The notes under the pieces: model-generated | The model's database searches: none | Told to the model about the DNA's origin: nothing | Seen by the model: the letters and a program-made list of their open reading frames with translations, nothing else | Part shown: one piece after another, positions 38,706 to 52,329 of the stretch | How positions within the stretch are numbered: position 1 is the stretch's first letter | Layout: each line of letters begins with the position of its first letter | Assembly: GCF_009834535.1 (NCBI RefSeq) | Contig: NC_045696.1 | Span: 76,944,001-77,008,000, forward strand | Reading direction: 5' to 3' | Origin: Camelus ferus | Taxonomy: Eukaryota | Length of the DNA stretch: 64,000 nucleotides | Position numbers and translations under genes: made by a program

Positions 38706-41700
38706 CTTTGAATCATACGGTGCTGATATTTCACATTTACTGTGTGGGAGTATCACTCAGTTTTGCTTTTTCCTCTCAGTGTTGTAGCACTGCAGTGTCT
38801 TAAATTCAAATATGATATTGGTGTTTTAAAATAATAGCACGCCATCTCGTATTCATACTGATGGAATCTTGTTGTTGTTAAGGATCACATACAGGGGTGT
38901 CACGATAAGGCAGAATTCTGCACGATGCACTTCCTATATTGGTCTTGGCCAAAGAACTTTGGCTCCCAGTCAGATCTTGTTACAGGTGTCATCTTCTTGG
39001 ATTCCCATGGGCTGGACTTAGAACCGCAGGAACATCAGGTTCTTACGTGGCCAAATTTAAGGAAAGTCAGACCGCCAGTGTTCTCAGTGTGATAAGAATT
39101 GTGTGATGGGTTGTAAAAACTAGATATGAGATATATAGTTCTGTAGTTAAAGATGTGAGGGAACTTTCTTTTAACTATTTCAATCCCTCAGAGAGATTTG
39201 AGAATGAATTGAGTGCTGGTTTGTTATTTTTCCCTATAGTTCCTTGAATGCCTTTTTAACAAGCGCAGTGGCTTTAGGAATCCTTTCTCTAGTGAAGTTT
39301 ATTCCTTTTCTATTTGGGAAATATTCTAAGTCTCACAGTGGTACTGGTGGCACTCCATGATATCTTACATCTCCCCTCCACCCTGATTTAAAGCGAAGGA
39401 AAAGAAAAAGCACCTGTGTGCACCTGAAGCTTTGTCAAGACTTTTTGGCACGCTTTGGCATCTGCAAATGTTACTAGATGCTGTGCAGATAGATGCAAAA
39501 GGTCACTTATCAAATCACGGGGACACTATTCAACTGAGAATCTCATTTTCAGCTCTCTGCTGTGGAGTTGCCTGGAGAAACATTATGAGTAGCACTGTTT
39601 GGATCAGAAGGTGGCCTGACCAGGGGTAGAAGATTTTGGGAATAAACTGCAGCTAAGTAGCACAAGCACCAGTCGTCTGTTTAAATAATGCTCTGTAAAT
39701 GTCTCCAGGTAGCCTGACTAAATTCGGGGATTTTATTTTATTCAGGACCACTAACCACCTCTGTTCCACTGAACTGTGGGGAAGAAGCCTTTGGGGTTTT
39801 GCTTTTTAAAATCTGTCCCTTATCCCTCCCCAACCCCAACAAGCACCAAAATTTGTTTTACTTATTATCTCTGGCTCTTTTAACATTTGTTATGTGATCA
39901 GATTTCTTTCATTATTTACTAGGTATAAATGAACCTGGAGTCTTTAAAATATTTATATACATTTATATAGTACATATAAATACATTAGGCTTGTTTCATA
40001 GACCAAGCTGGATGATTCTAGCTACATAGTTCCAGCAGCACTCTAAATACTAATTTCAATTTCTTATTTTTTTAAATTGAAATCTCCTTAAAAGAACAAA
40101 AAGGAGAGAAAACCTTTTTTAGGTGTTCCCAGGTTGATCTTGTACCATAGGAAAATGCAGGTGTTCACACATATTTGCCCAAATTAGAAAAAATTGTTAC
40201 CTACTATCGTTTTTGAATGAAAATACAGAATAACTATTTTTAACTTTTAGGAAGAGAAGGCTGGAGTGACACATCTTATTTGCTAGTGGGAGGTCTCCCT
40301 GATCACGCATTCTAGGGAACTTGTTTGAAGGTTTCAGTGGCACATGGACCTTCACTCTCCATGGTCCTGAAATCTCCACTCTTTTTCTTGGCTTTGAAGG
40401 ATTGCAGAGTTTTTTTCCTATTTCTCAGTCCTTTTGTGTCTTCTTGGATGGTTTGTCCATTTCTCTTCACATTCTTATTTTACGCTCCCTTCGGTGTTCA
40501 CTCTCATGTACTTCCCTTTCGAAAATGCCATCAATTTTGAATGTACCTGTTTTTATGGCTTCAGAGTTCAGTTTTAGATCTCCTGCCCTGACATCTCTCT
40601 TGAGCTCAGAGTCTATATTTTTCCACACTTGATGGAATTTATACCTTAGATCCCCCCCCCCCCAATCTAATGCTGGGCTCACATCTCCCCTGATTTATCT
40701 TGACTTGTGCTCGATTGAAGAAAAATGATTTAAATAATAAGAAAATCTTATTTTAATTATTCCTGGTTAGGTTTAAGTTCAAAGGGTTTCTTTTGTTGTT
40801 GTGTTTTAAAAATCCACCCTCTAAATGTTTTGTTTAATTCGTTTGAACTTTTATGAGAAACTGCAAAGTACTTCAAAATATACATTTTCTAAATGCCTGT
40901 CTTAGAGGTCACTTAGTGAAATTATTTATTATATCGGCAAAGAATATATTGCAGATGGAAGTTAGCTGTTTGCAGTCCTTTAGTGAGGCTATGCTTCTGC
41001 TAAGTATAATGAGAAAATATGGTTGTTAACTAATGACATATTCCACATCTTTCTAGATAGTGGTCATGTCCATTTCTTTATTCATGCCATTTCAAATCTT
41101 CAGACCTGCAACAGTAATGCCTGAGAATTGCATGCTTTATATTTGTAAAAGTCCATGTTTAAAAAGTCTGATCTTAGTTTTATCTGACTCAAGTATATTG
41201 ACTTCATCCAGGGACCTGGAGTATGTGTCTTAGGGCCTCTTCATACTTTGTTTTCTATGGATACAGTTACTGTCTCACACCTGTCATGTGGCCAGCCTCA
41301 AACAATTAGCCAAGTCCAGTTTTTGCAATTATCAGCCCAAGAGTAATGATGTGGTAATGGGAATTTAGCAGCAACATAAATTATCTTAGATTTAGCAAAT
41401 CACATATTATGAACATATTAAAGAGAGAAATGCTGTTCCATTTATAGAATGACTTTATTATGTGACAGAAAAGGAACTGAAAAAAACGTGGGTCCTGTAA
41501 CTTCTAGAAGTAAGGGAAGTTTGCTTAGATACCAATAACTTTGGTGAGGGGAAATTTTTGTCAGTAAACTAATACAATTTGATTCCTTTCTCTGGACCAA
41601 CATCTCTGAATAGATCTGTATGGTAATAAATACCTACTGGCTTATATATCTGTAGTTTCTCATAGTCATCTGAAATGAATGTGTGGTGATGGTTTGTGGC

Positions 41701-41834
41701 TAATATAATTATTATTTTTCCACTAAAGGCAAGGCATAGCTCCTTTAAGACTTTTGAAATGCCCTTCATACTCCTTTCAGGGAGGTCATGTGGTTGCTTT
41801 ATCAAATCCATGTCTACAGGAAATGCATTTTTTG

Positions 41835-42624
41835 TTTGGTTGGCTAATGTTTACTTTTTAAAATTTTATTTTTTATTGAAGTGCAGTTGATTTACAGTGT
41901 TAGTTTGAGGTGAACAGCAAAGCAATTCAGTTATACATACATTATATATATTTCAGATTCTTTTCCATTTAGTTTATTACAACAAATTGATATAGTTCCA
42001 TGTGCTATACAGTGGGTCCTTGCTGTTTATCTATTTTATATATAGTAATGTGTAACTGTTAATTCCAAATGCCTAATTTATCCCTCCCCTGCCCTTTCCT
42101 CTTTGGTAACCATAATTTGTTTTCTATATTTGTGAGTCTATTTTGGTTTGTAAATAAAGTCTGCATCCTTTTTTTTAGATTCCACATGTAAGTGATATCA
42201 TATGATATTTGTCTTTCTCTGACTGACTTATTTCACTTAATTTGATAATCTCTAGATCCATCCATGTTGCTGCAAATGGCATTATTTCATTCCTTTTTAT
42301 GCTGAGTAGTATCCCATTGTGTGTGTGTGTGTATGTATGTATATGTGTGTGTGTATATATATATATCCATCCCTCATCTTCTTTATCCAGTCATCTGTCA
42401 GTGGACATTTAGGTTCTTTCCATGTCTTGGCTATTGTAAATAGTGCTGCTATGAACACTGTGGTGCATGTGTCTTACTGAATTATGGTTTTCTCTGGATA
42501 TATGCCCAGGAATGGGATTGCTGGATCATATGGTAAGTCTATTTTTAGTTTTTTAAGGAACCTCCATACTGTCTTCCATAGTGGCTGCGCCAATTTACAT
42601 TTCCACCAACAATGTGGGAGGGTT
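41835..42624 (-). mobile_element. 5'-truncated LINE-1 (same older family as 3159-4094)
   Basis: Antisense 3'UTR and ORF2 end (ttattgaagtgcagttgatttaca...ttagattccacatgtaagtgatatc...gggattgctggatcatatggt). TSD ggaaatgcatt(t/c)tttt at 41819-41834 / 42625-42640. Confidence 0.93.
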
Positions 42625-44309
42625 GGAAATGCATTCTTTTATTAGAACAAATAACACTTTTTGTGGATCAGCTTGTCTCAGTCTTCACTTTTCTTAAGAG
42701 GAAGGAGTTATAAAGACCACAGTAGAGATGTTTTCACTTGGTTTGCACACTCTTGATAAAGAACAAATGTTGAAAGAGGATATAATCATGACTCTTATAC
42801 AAATATGAGATGAATACACATCAGACATTTTATTTAACCCATCAATGAATGAAGGAACTGGGAAAAAGTAAAACTAATCAGAACAAAGGAGAACCTAAAG
42901 AGGGCCACCTAATATATAAGTTCATCAGGAAGACTGATTTAAATCTACTTAGTAGCAGCAAGACTAGCTTCTTCAACAGTAGGAGACAGAAGTCAATTCA
43001 GCCTCCACTGGACAGAATTTATTTGCATGCCTATAACCAAGAATTATTTGGATTGCCATCAGTATTCTGTAAATTACTAAATATTTCTACAGAGGTATAA
43101 AATAGCTACAGATGAAAGGCACAAACTCTATAGAATTTAACCCTAGGAACATTCTAAACAATGCTTTGTTTTCCTTTGAAGACTCCCTTTTGTCTTTTGA
43201 TCTATTTAACTAGCTTTAAAATTATTCTCTATAGGATGACCTGTTCTTTTGACTTTAATTCTTTTAATGGTTTTGGGGGAGGTAACACCCCTATTTATGT
43301 TTCAGTACGATTTTTTTATTATCTCTACCTAAGCCCACCGTTCCCTTTTTTCTCAGTTCAGCTGAGATGACTCGGTCATAAATATAACTGGAGAATACCA
43401 TATCTTAAAATTGAAGAATGTTCCTGAAGAATATCTAAAAAGGATTACATTAGGCTCATCTGGTGAAGCTGTCATCTGAATGGAATAAGACTGGAATGGG
43501 AGAAGGAGAGTGTTAGACATTCTTCAATGCATTTCAAGAAAAATGAATTTGTGGTCTTTTGACTTAGCATACTTATTCACTATGTGTTTTAAAGTAGTGA
43601 ATACAATTATTATAAACTACAGCAGCAGGTTTATCGATTATATTCTGTGAAGCATTAACAAAAGTGGGAGGCCACATGATCCAAATTTCAGAACATTTTA
43701 ATCGTGACTTCAGTAATGAATTCATTCGTTTACTCATTAGGTCATACTCTTTGTAAGGATAGCATCTCCAACCATTTTATTCACCGTTGTCTCCTCAGAG
43801 CCTTGCACAGTGTCAGATGTATGGTATGTACATGAAATGTACTTATCCAATGAAATTTTAAGAACAATTTTTTTGTCAGACAAAAAATTCTGCTCTTTGT
43901 CTGACATTGTGCTGGGTGCTGGGGATTAACAGTAAATACTTAAGTTACAGTATAATCCATACTTTGGAGAAGTTCGTGATCTTTTCCCCAAAGGGATTTA
44001 TCCTTGATGAGAGCATTTCTGGCAACATGGCAGACTGAGAGAACCATCTGGGTTGATTCCTGAATCACTCCATATGGGCAAATCTCTACTTCTTTCCAAC
44101 ATGTGGTTAACATCATCTCTAGTGAGATCACCCCATGCATGCAGCATTCTTGCTGTTACCACGATAGGGATGTTGGAGGATGCTGAGATGCAGATTATTG
44201 GCTTCAGTAGCTGCTCTCCCACAGGATTTCCCAGCAACCCTCTCCCATGTTTCTGAGTCTGATTAGAAGCTCCTTCTCTCTAACAGCAGCCTGAAACAAT
44301 ACCAACCAC

Positions 44310-44500
44310 CACAAGTTATTATGTGCTGGAATCCAGGCTAAGCACTTTGTAGTTGTTACCTTATTTAATCCTTGTAACTATAGAGTAGATGAGAGGTTAA
44401 GGATTAGGACTGCAATACTATAACTAGTGGGTGGCAGAGGAAGGACAAGAATTGAGGTTTGCCTGGATTCAAAGACTGTCCCCTTTGCCACTGCACTGTG
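44310..44500 (-). mobile_element. MIR remnant
   Basis: ttatgtgctgg...ctaagcactttg...ttatttaatcctt...actagtgggtggcagagg...gcctggattcaaag. Confidence 0.55.
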
Positions 44501-45759
44501 TGGCCTCTGTCTAAAACAGATGTGGTGAAAATAGGGCTGAGTCTGTGATTAGTGCCTGTGGGTAAGTGGGTCTGTGTGTGTGCATATGTGTGTGCTGGGG
44601 GAAGAAGCAGGGTGATTTTTCCCTATATCACTGCACAATCAAGAAAAATTGTGCAGTTATCCATTTTTGCTCAGCTTAGACTTCTCTGACCCTTCGTGCT
44701 TCTGTACAATAAAAATTGCATAGTGACTCTGACAACTTGAATCAATACTTCTATTAACTGCAACATGCAATTTGAAGGTTCAGGAGGTGATTGGATTATG
44801 TTTTGTAGAATTATTATCCTCCATTGGTGGAGTCCGTGCTGCCGTGGAGGAACTGAGGAGTTTTTGAAATGTGTCTTGACTGCAGAGAGGTCATTTAGTC
44901 TTTCACACAATGGCATTTCAGCCCTTTAACTCACCCCTGGCCAGAAGAGTTCAGAAATAGGTGCTGTCTGCCCATGATCAATCCTTCAAACCTTTGTATT
45001 TCCAGGACAGCTTGGCATTTTTCTTTTCCTTATCTTTCAAAATTTCCAATACCCTTAACATTTGTTTTTTTTCCTCAGAATTTTCTCCTCTTTAAATGTC
45101 TACGTTTCTCCCTTCTTTAGTTTTGCTTCCAGTTTTGAACTCAGTGTGCTCTTCTGAAGTCATTTTCCCTCCTTCTAATTAACCTGACTCTATTACATGC
45201 ATTTCCTATTCTTAGGCTTCATTGTATCATCTACATAAATTACTAAAGTTATTTCAGCTTTATCTCAGACCTCCTTTAACACCTACTCTTTAGAGTTCTT
45301 GGTTTCTTGCCATTATCTCTGATTAGTCTCACATCTCTTTTTTTCTGGTAATGACCTGGCAAGAAAATAATTTTTAATTTTACTTTCATTTCATTTAATT
45401 CTCTTCACCAAGAGAATTGTTCAGATATGTTCAGATCACAGGGCCATTCTGAATTCTTTTGATTGTCTTTTTCCAACATCCTACTAATGTGAACTGAAAG
45501 TAAAAAACAAAAACAAAAACAAAACTTCTAATGTGTAGGAAACTAGAATAAATGCTATAGAGATTTAGGTATTTAATTCTTAAAAATATACTTCCACCCA
45601 GTTTTGGTGGTCTAAGTTCTAAAAGGTACCTTTCAAGTGAGAAATAATTACATGTATGGCACATTACAGCAAAATAACTACTTTTAAGAATTCAATTTTC
45701 AGTTATTATTGACCTATGATTACTTCAATAGAATATTTTATGTATGTTCTTTTTGGTTT

Positions 45760-46700
45760 TAACGTTCATTGTGGAAATTTTCAAACACTTGTAAAAGTGG
45801 CTATTGTATCATTAACTCTCGTGTAGCCATCACTCAGTTCTAGCCGTTTTGACCTCATGACCAGTCTTGTTCTATGTGTACTCCCAACCTCTTCCTCTTT
45901 CCCTCTATAGTGTTTTGAGACAAATTCTAGACATCATGTCATTTTATATGAATATTGGGGAAAACAATATAATACCATAACCACAACTGAAATGTTTCTT
46001 CCAATCATGAAGTAATAGTCAATGTTCCAGCTTCTTTATCTCATTTCTTTTACAGTTTGTTTGTTCAATTAAATTGAAGTCAGATCTCTAAATTGTAGTG
46101 GTGGTTATATTTCATATCTTTTTAATACGTAATTTTTCTCCCACTCCTTTATTTCCATCAATTTATTTGTTGAAGAAACCAAGTCATTTGCGCTAGAGAT
46201 TTCCCACAGTTTGGATTTTGTGGATTGCGTCTCTGTGGTGTGTTTAAACATTTCTTTGGCATTTGTATTTTCTTTAAATTAGTAATTAGACGTACAGTTT
46301 TGGCCAGATTCAGGTTTGATATTTTTGGGGAAAACTACTTCATAGGTGGTACTGTGTACTTCCATCAGGATGTGTGACACAATGACTGGTTCTCTCTCTT
46401 TTGGGATGTTAGGGGACATTGGTTGTCACAGCCACCAAATTATATATATTTGATGTATATCAATGCATTGTAATTAATATTTTTATGGACATTTTCAAAT
46501 TTTCATATCTTCTGCCAATGGCAGCCTACCTCTGAGTCCTTTTGATTTGCCCTAAAAGTCTTTTATAGCTTCCTTGATTTCAGGTATAACAACATGACCC
46601 ATGTTCAGTATTATGCATTTCCTTCCCGAGGTCTGGAAGCAATCATTTCTTCAAAAGTCCTGGCTACTATCAAGACAATAGTATTTAAAGACTACATGTA
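45760..46700 (-). mobile_element. ancient L1 (L1MC/ME-like) 3'UTR
   Basis: tggaaattttcaaacac...aaattctagacatcatgtcatttt...ttatttgttgaagaaaccaagtcatttg...ttcccacagtttggattttgtggattgc. Confidence 0.7.
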
Positions 46701-48249
46701 TTGAGTCTTTACTCATAAAAACATATTTATTTCATACCTTTTAATTTTAACTCTATTTTAGCTAAAGCAAAACCTACCCACCCAGAAGATATACCTAGAC
46801 ATACAAGCAAATTGTCACAACTTTTAGTGTAGATTTCAACTGAGCACACTTTTTTAGATCCGTCAACATTTAAATTTTTGTTTGATCTCTATCTTTTATT
46901 CTAGACTTCCAGACTTGCCTCAGAAACTTCTTGGATTTTGGATTTTGAAATCCTTTCTACTCTATTTGAGTTTGGCTCTTCCTGGGTCTTGGTAACCCTG
47001 TTGCCTTAGTCTCAACCTCACAGAATCTCAACCCAATGAATTGAGCTAAGTCTATATAAATTTTGTGAGTGGCTAATTTGGGCAACATTAGAAGAAAATG
47101 TTTTGGAGGGAATATTTCTTCTTTTCATTCATATCAAGCACAAGGTTTCCTTCTCTATTTTTTCCATCATATGAAAAGTATAGCCTTCTTTGTCAGGGAT
47201 TATTTATTGGATTTTAATATAGCTAAATTAAGGTAAATAGACATTTACTAACAAAGACAATTGTAGAATTAGCAGCAAAATAACTCTAAAGGACAGACAG
47301 TAGATTCAACCCTCTTACCCAGTTCAAAACAAGCACTTTTAATTTTTCTACTACAAATTCAAGCCCATTAATACTACTAGGAGTGAGAAATAGCAACAAA
47401 AATTACCCTTGGCTATGTCATTCATAAGTGAATGAATGGATAAATGAATGAATGATATGTGTATCATATGTATATAAAAGCCTTATAAAACTGTAAATAT
47501 GTATTATTGTTATTTACTTTTTTTTTTTTTTTTACAGATAAGGTAACGAGATCAGAAAGGTTGAGGCAGATTCAGTGTCTCTCATCTTGTAAATGGGAAA
47601 TAAACCCAGACCTGCCTTTTCACTATGTTGTGCTATTTTACAAGTTTAGGAATTGGCTTCTAGCTCAGAGCTTTGTAATTAAGTTAATTTTGGCTATGAT
47701 CGTACAGTCACTGCTTGTTATTTTCTCCTGAATCGATTTTCCTCATTCTCTTTCTCATCCCTGCCTGCCCATCCCTTCTCATCGCACTGCCTGGGTTCCT
47801 CTTCCTGCCAGTTGATCTCTGTCTTGACCTGGTCGGCTGGATCCTTGTCCATCGGGTAGGAGCTCTGCCGTGGCTGAGTCAGCTACCAGGCTCAGCCCCA
47901 GCGCCCCGCTCTTAAATTTCAGTTTGTTAACTCTCTTGGCTTGACCTCACTGCTTTGGCTGAATTGCCAAAAGTTTCTCCTTGACTTTATCAAGAGCCAT
48001 GTCTTCTTGGGGTGGGAACTGTATTTGTGAAGGTAGAGTGGATATACTCTGAGCAGGGCTACTTATATGGGGTGAAATAAATCTTATTTTCTCAGCTTGG
48101 GGATTTTTAGTTGATTTCCACTGCAGTGAGAAGGTAGGGAATTGGCAGATGAAAGGAAGAAAATAGAAAACTCAGAATAGACTTCAGTGGGGAAACAGTG
48201 TTTGTATCATTCATTTATCCATGTCTACTGATTTATATAATTGATTTAT

Positions 48250-48870
48250 TATTTCTTTATTTATGCATTTTATGGGGAGATTAAAGCCATTTGCAGTAAG
48301 AATATAAATAAAATAATGTTAGTGCAGAAATTAAAAAAAGGCAAGTCCAGAGAAAACATATAAGTAGAAAGTCAGGACAGGAGAAAAAAAGAACATGCAT
48401 ATGCAAGAAGTAAGGATTTATCAGGTTGTTGTAAATTACCTTTAAATTTAGCTCTTGGTTTCCTAGAAGTAAATTTGGAAAAATATAGTCAGTAACACAA
48501 GTCTTGTTAACAAAAAATAGGATGCCTACTACTTGCTTAGGGGAAGTCATGCTTCTCCCAGCAATAAGTTAGAAAATATATTTCTCACTCAGTTCTTTAT
48601 GTGGGGAATGCTGAGTGATTTGGTGGGTAGTGTCCAAAACACTATTTTAGTAAAAACAAGATAGATAAAATAACGATTTCCTTTAGCACTAAGATAAATG
48701 TTGGCCTCATGAGATTACAAAGCATCCAAGTAAAGATGATTAGTTTGGTTAGGTGATTTAGAATGGTTAAGGCAATAAATCAGCTCAAATCTGTAATCAC
48801 TTCATGTCTTGCTTGATGTAAGCAAAGAAATTAAGATCATGCAAAGGTGATTATACATTTTACCTCCTCT
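48250..48870. mobile_element. possible ancient RTE-X/L4-like LINE remnant
   Basis: aaatttagctcttggtttcctagaagtaaa...atagtcagtaac weakly resembles recalled L4_Mam motifs. Confidence 0.3.
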
Positions 48871-50329
48871 AAACAAAAATCACCTTGTTTAATGGAAGTT
48901 TCAAGGACACGGGCAATTTGGGGTTGTTGTATGGTCCAATGAGGTCTTGGAATGCTTGTATCTGGAGTTATTGGTGGAGGGTGCATGTATACTTTAGAAA
49001 GCTGATGAACAAATTGGCATTCTTTAGGTAAAACTAAAGAAACTAACTAGATGTACAGCAAATCGTTGCTATTTGGGGGAAAGGGTGAGGGTGGTCTGGT
49101 TACAAACATAGTAAGCTGTTAATCTTAGTGGGAGAGCTGAGAGAGGGAGGAAAGTTTGTGATTTCATTTTATACCCTTGTCTACTGCTTGAATCTTCTCC
49201 ATCGCTATCTAGATGGTAGGATCGTGTTCCCTTCTATTTTCTTCTTTGCTTATATATACTTAAGAACCTAAAAAAGGCTAAAATGAATGAATAAACAAGT
49301 TAATTAATGAAGATATTTAAGATACTGATCTGAGTGGAGCTGCTTCTCAATCTTAGTGGTAGATGTGCTACCTAGGCAGCTCCCTGGTGGGGAAAAAGCA
49401 AAACTAGGTCATAGCACTCATAAAGCTGTTTCACCCTGGTGAAGTTGACATACATGTGCAATATAAACAGTTAAACTTGAAGGGTATTGTCTCTAAAGAA
49501 AGTTCATTTCAGTTTACCACAGTGACTGCATGTTTACTAGGCACTGGGGGACACAAGAGAGAGAATCCTATTCCACTTTAAGGTTTTCCCACAGGGCTTT
49601 CATGACTCCTGCAGAGTGGGCGGTCTCTGTTCATGCCCCAGAGCACACCGTGTACAGGCTTGCAAAGCCCTGAGACCTCAGATGCTTTCCCGGAAGCCTG
49701 TAAAGCGTTTGAATCACACCCTGATCTGAGCTGAAGGAGTCCTGCTCCACAATGCTCTGCTGTCAGTGTTCCCCTGTGCGTCTCCCTTTGCTCCACATGT
49801 CTGCAGAGTCTCTGGAACCTCTGAATGTTGCTTTTTACCGCCTGCCTTCATGAAGCCAATCCCCCTTGAGGATATGGGTCTCTCTCTGGACCCCATTGAG
49901 GGAGAGATTGCTCTTACTTCTTTGATCAAAGTCTCCTTCAGAAAACTGAGGTTCCTAACTCTGAACTTACAGATAATGGTGTTTCTTCTCTCTTGGAAAA
50001 AATACACATTTATAATGGTTCTGTTAATTATTGTCTTTAATAAGCTGTCAGATATTTGTGTGTACCTTTCCCTGAAGGATATATTTTACATTATTGTCAA
50101 TGTAGAACAGCCCTAAGGTGGAGGAACCCATCCTCAGTGCCACTCTCCAAAGAGTGTTGGATGGGGAAAGGTCTGTATCTGCTCAGACAGTTGAAAAAAA
50201 AACTAGAAGAAAAAAAAAAAAAAAAAAGCAAAGTGCTAAAATCAAGGTGACCAATGTGAGAAAAATAATAAAAGTTGTATCACTTGTGAAGACATTTAAC
50301 TTCAAATAATAGAAAATCCACCAATGGAC

Positions 50330-50830
50330 CTGTATCAGTAGACATTTATTTTTCTCATAAAACATCCAGAGATGAGGTTTTTATGGTATTGGTTCAGTTG
50401 TTCAAGTTATCATAAGAGACCAGCATGCTTTCTCCTCCTCTGCTCTGCCATCTGACTGTGCAAGAATGTTCTGTCCTTCTGTGATCCTACTTTTTATACT
50501 TTTTGCCTCTTGACCACAAGATGGCTGCTTGCGTGCCGGCTATTATGTTCATCTTGACAGAAGAAAGAGGAAGTTCAGCCAATCTAACCCCTCTCACTAG
50601 GAAAGCAAATATTTACTGCACTCCTCAAGAAAACTGTTATTTATGCCTCATTGTCTCTAGGTGCATCTTGGGGCACCTCTAATTGCAAGAGAAGCTGCAG
50701 TCATTGTCTCCCCTAGGGCTAGGCACATGGCTGCATGACACAGAGATCTAATAGCAAGGGACAAGCAAGGGGTAGGGGCTAGGGTGGAATTAGAGGTAGG
50801 CAACCGTGAAGGATGGCAGAGGTACTGTCT
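50330..50830 (-). mobile_element. old MLT1 (K/L-like) LTR
   Basis: tgctctgccatc...ccacaagatggctgc...tctaattgcaagagaagctg...ctagggctaggcacatggctgc. Confidence 0.6.
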
Positions 50831-52329
50831 GACGTATGTCTGGGCCTCTTGGAATCCTAGCATGTCTACTCTTGCTGTTTGTTTTAAAAGATCCTAATTT
50901 AGGTTCAGACTACAGTATGGAGTCACCATTGGTTTTCACATGTGCCTATGATTATTTGACAGTGAGGGTTTTAGAAATGTGTGGAGAGCAAATTCTTTAT
51001 CCAAGTAAACTCTCCTGTGTTTAGCTGTGGGACCTTTTGTCTTGGGAACTGTGGAAGAAATTGATGTGAGGTATTAGAGTTTCTTTCTCTCTATTTTTGG
51101 AACTTCCCAATCCAAATGCCTGTCTCCTCTTGCCATCGGGGTGTGGTGGGAAAAATAATTCACTCATATGTTGTCAGTTGCACCTATAAACTTTGTTTTG
51201 ATGTATGTGAGTTAATTTTTGTTTTTATCTGAGATTCTGAAGGAAAATCTGTGACCTTAACAATTTTTTACCTTATGCAAACATAAAAGAAGCAAATTTA
51301 GTTAAAACTTTTGTTTATGAAGATCATGGTTAAAAAATGTAGTGTGGAAAGGTCAACTCCTGAACAGGAAATATAAAACACTTAGTTAATAACATGGAAC
51401 ATCTAAAGTTAAAACATAAAATTCTATTTGAAAGATTTTGATTGAAAGACAAGTGGGTGCTAGTCCCAGAAAAGATAAATAAATCTGTGTGAAAGGTTAG
51501 AAAGTTGAGATTTTTATCATTTCAAAGATGCATTCTTACTCAGTGGACTAAACTGCTATGATGAATCCCATTCACGGGATCAGAATATTTTTAAGGAAAC
51601 CTGCTAAGACCAGGGGAAATGCCATTTTATTTGCCAGGATCTAATGAATGAATTGAGTGTTTTGGAAAGCAGGGAGGCATATTCGGAACTCTAAGAGATA
51701 GAAATCAGTTAAAAGATAGAGTTGTTTATTATTCAGGTTTTCAGTAATTACTTCCATAAGGTGGAGCTAGTGTGATCATCCCTTTCAAAATCTAGATGAT
51801 TAACAGTAAGGACATCCAATCATAACTGTTCTTATTTGGAGCATTAAGATGTGTGGGAGTTTTTTAATGAAATATTTAAGGAGTAAGCATGTACATATAT
51901 ATAATTTTCCTGGTATAAAAATATGTAAAAAATTTTCAGTGTTACATAAGTTGTGAAGTTGAATATATAATAAATAGCTTGTGATGAAACAGGGCCTTGT
52001 GGAGTTTCATGTGTCCAAAACACTTTTTTCAAGGCCAGCTGAGTGTTTCTAGGTTGAGATGCAGATTGGCTAATCTTCACTGTGCATTGCTGTGCACACC
52101 ATTACTCCACACTCAGGTGAAAAACCTGAGCCCTGCAAGTCTCATGCGTCTGATCGTACTCTCTGGTCTCTGCATCACTGTCATCCGTGAACACCCAGAT
52201 GCTGTTCATGAAAGTCTTAAGCACTAGACTCACCCTTGTCATCTCCATTATGTGTCCTGTCACCCTTCTGGTTCCAACTCACTGGCCATTCAGTCCTGAA
52301 ATGTCCCTAACTCTTACCTCTGTCTTATT

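Noticed and set aside
43366..43479. Protein-like peptide DDSVINITGEYHILKLKNVPEEYLKRITLGSSGEAVI after a pyrimidine tract
   Set aside because: An in-frame TGA lies between the CAG acceptors and the peptide, and I recognise no homolog.
49971..49991. 21 nt minus-strand micro-exon (ttttttccaag|...TCT|gtaagt)
   Set aside because: Weak acceptor and exonic donor context, with no supporting neighbours. Compatible with chance.
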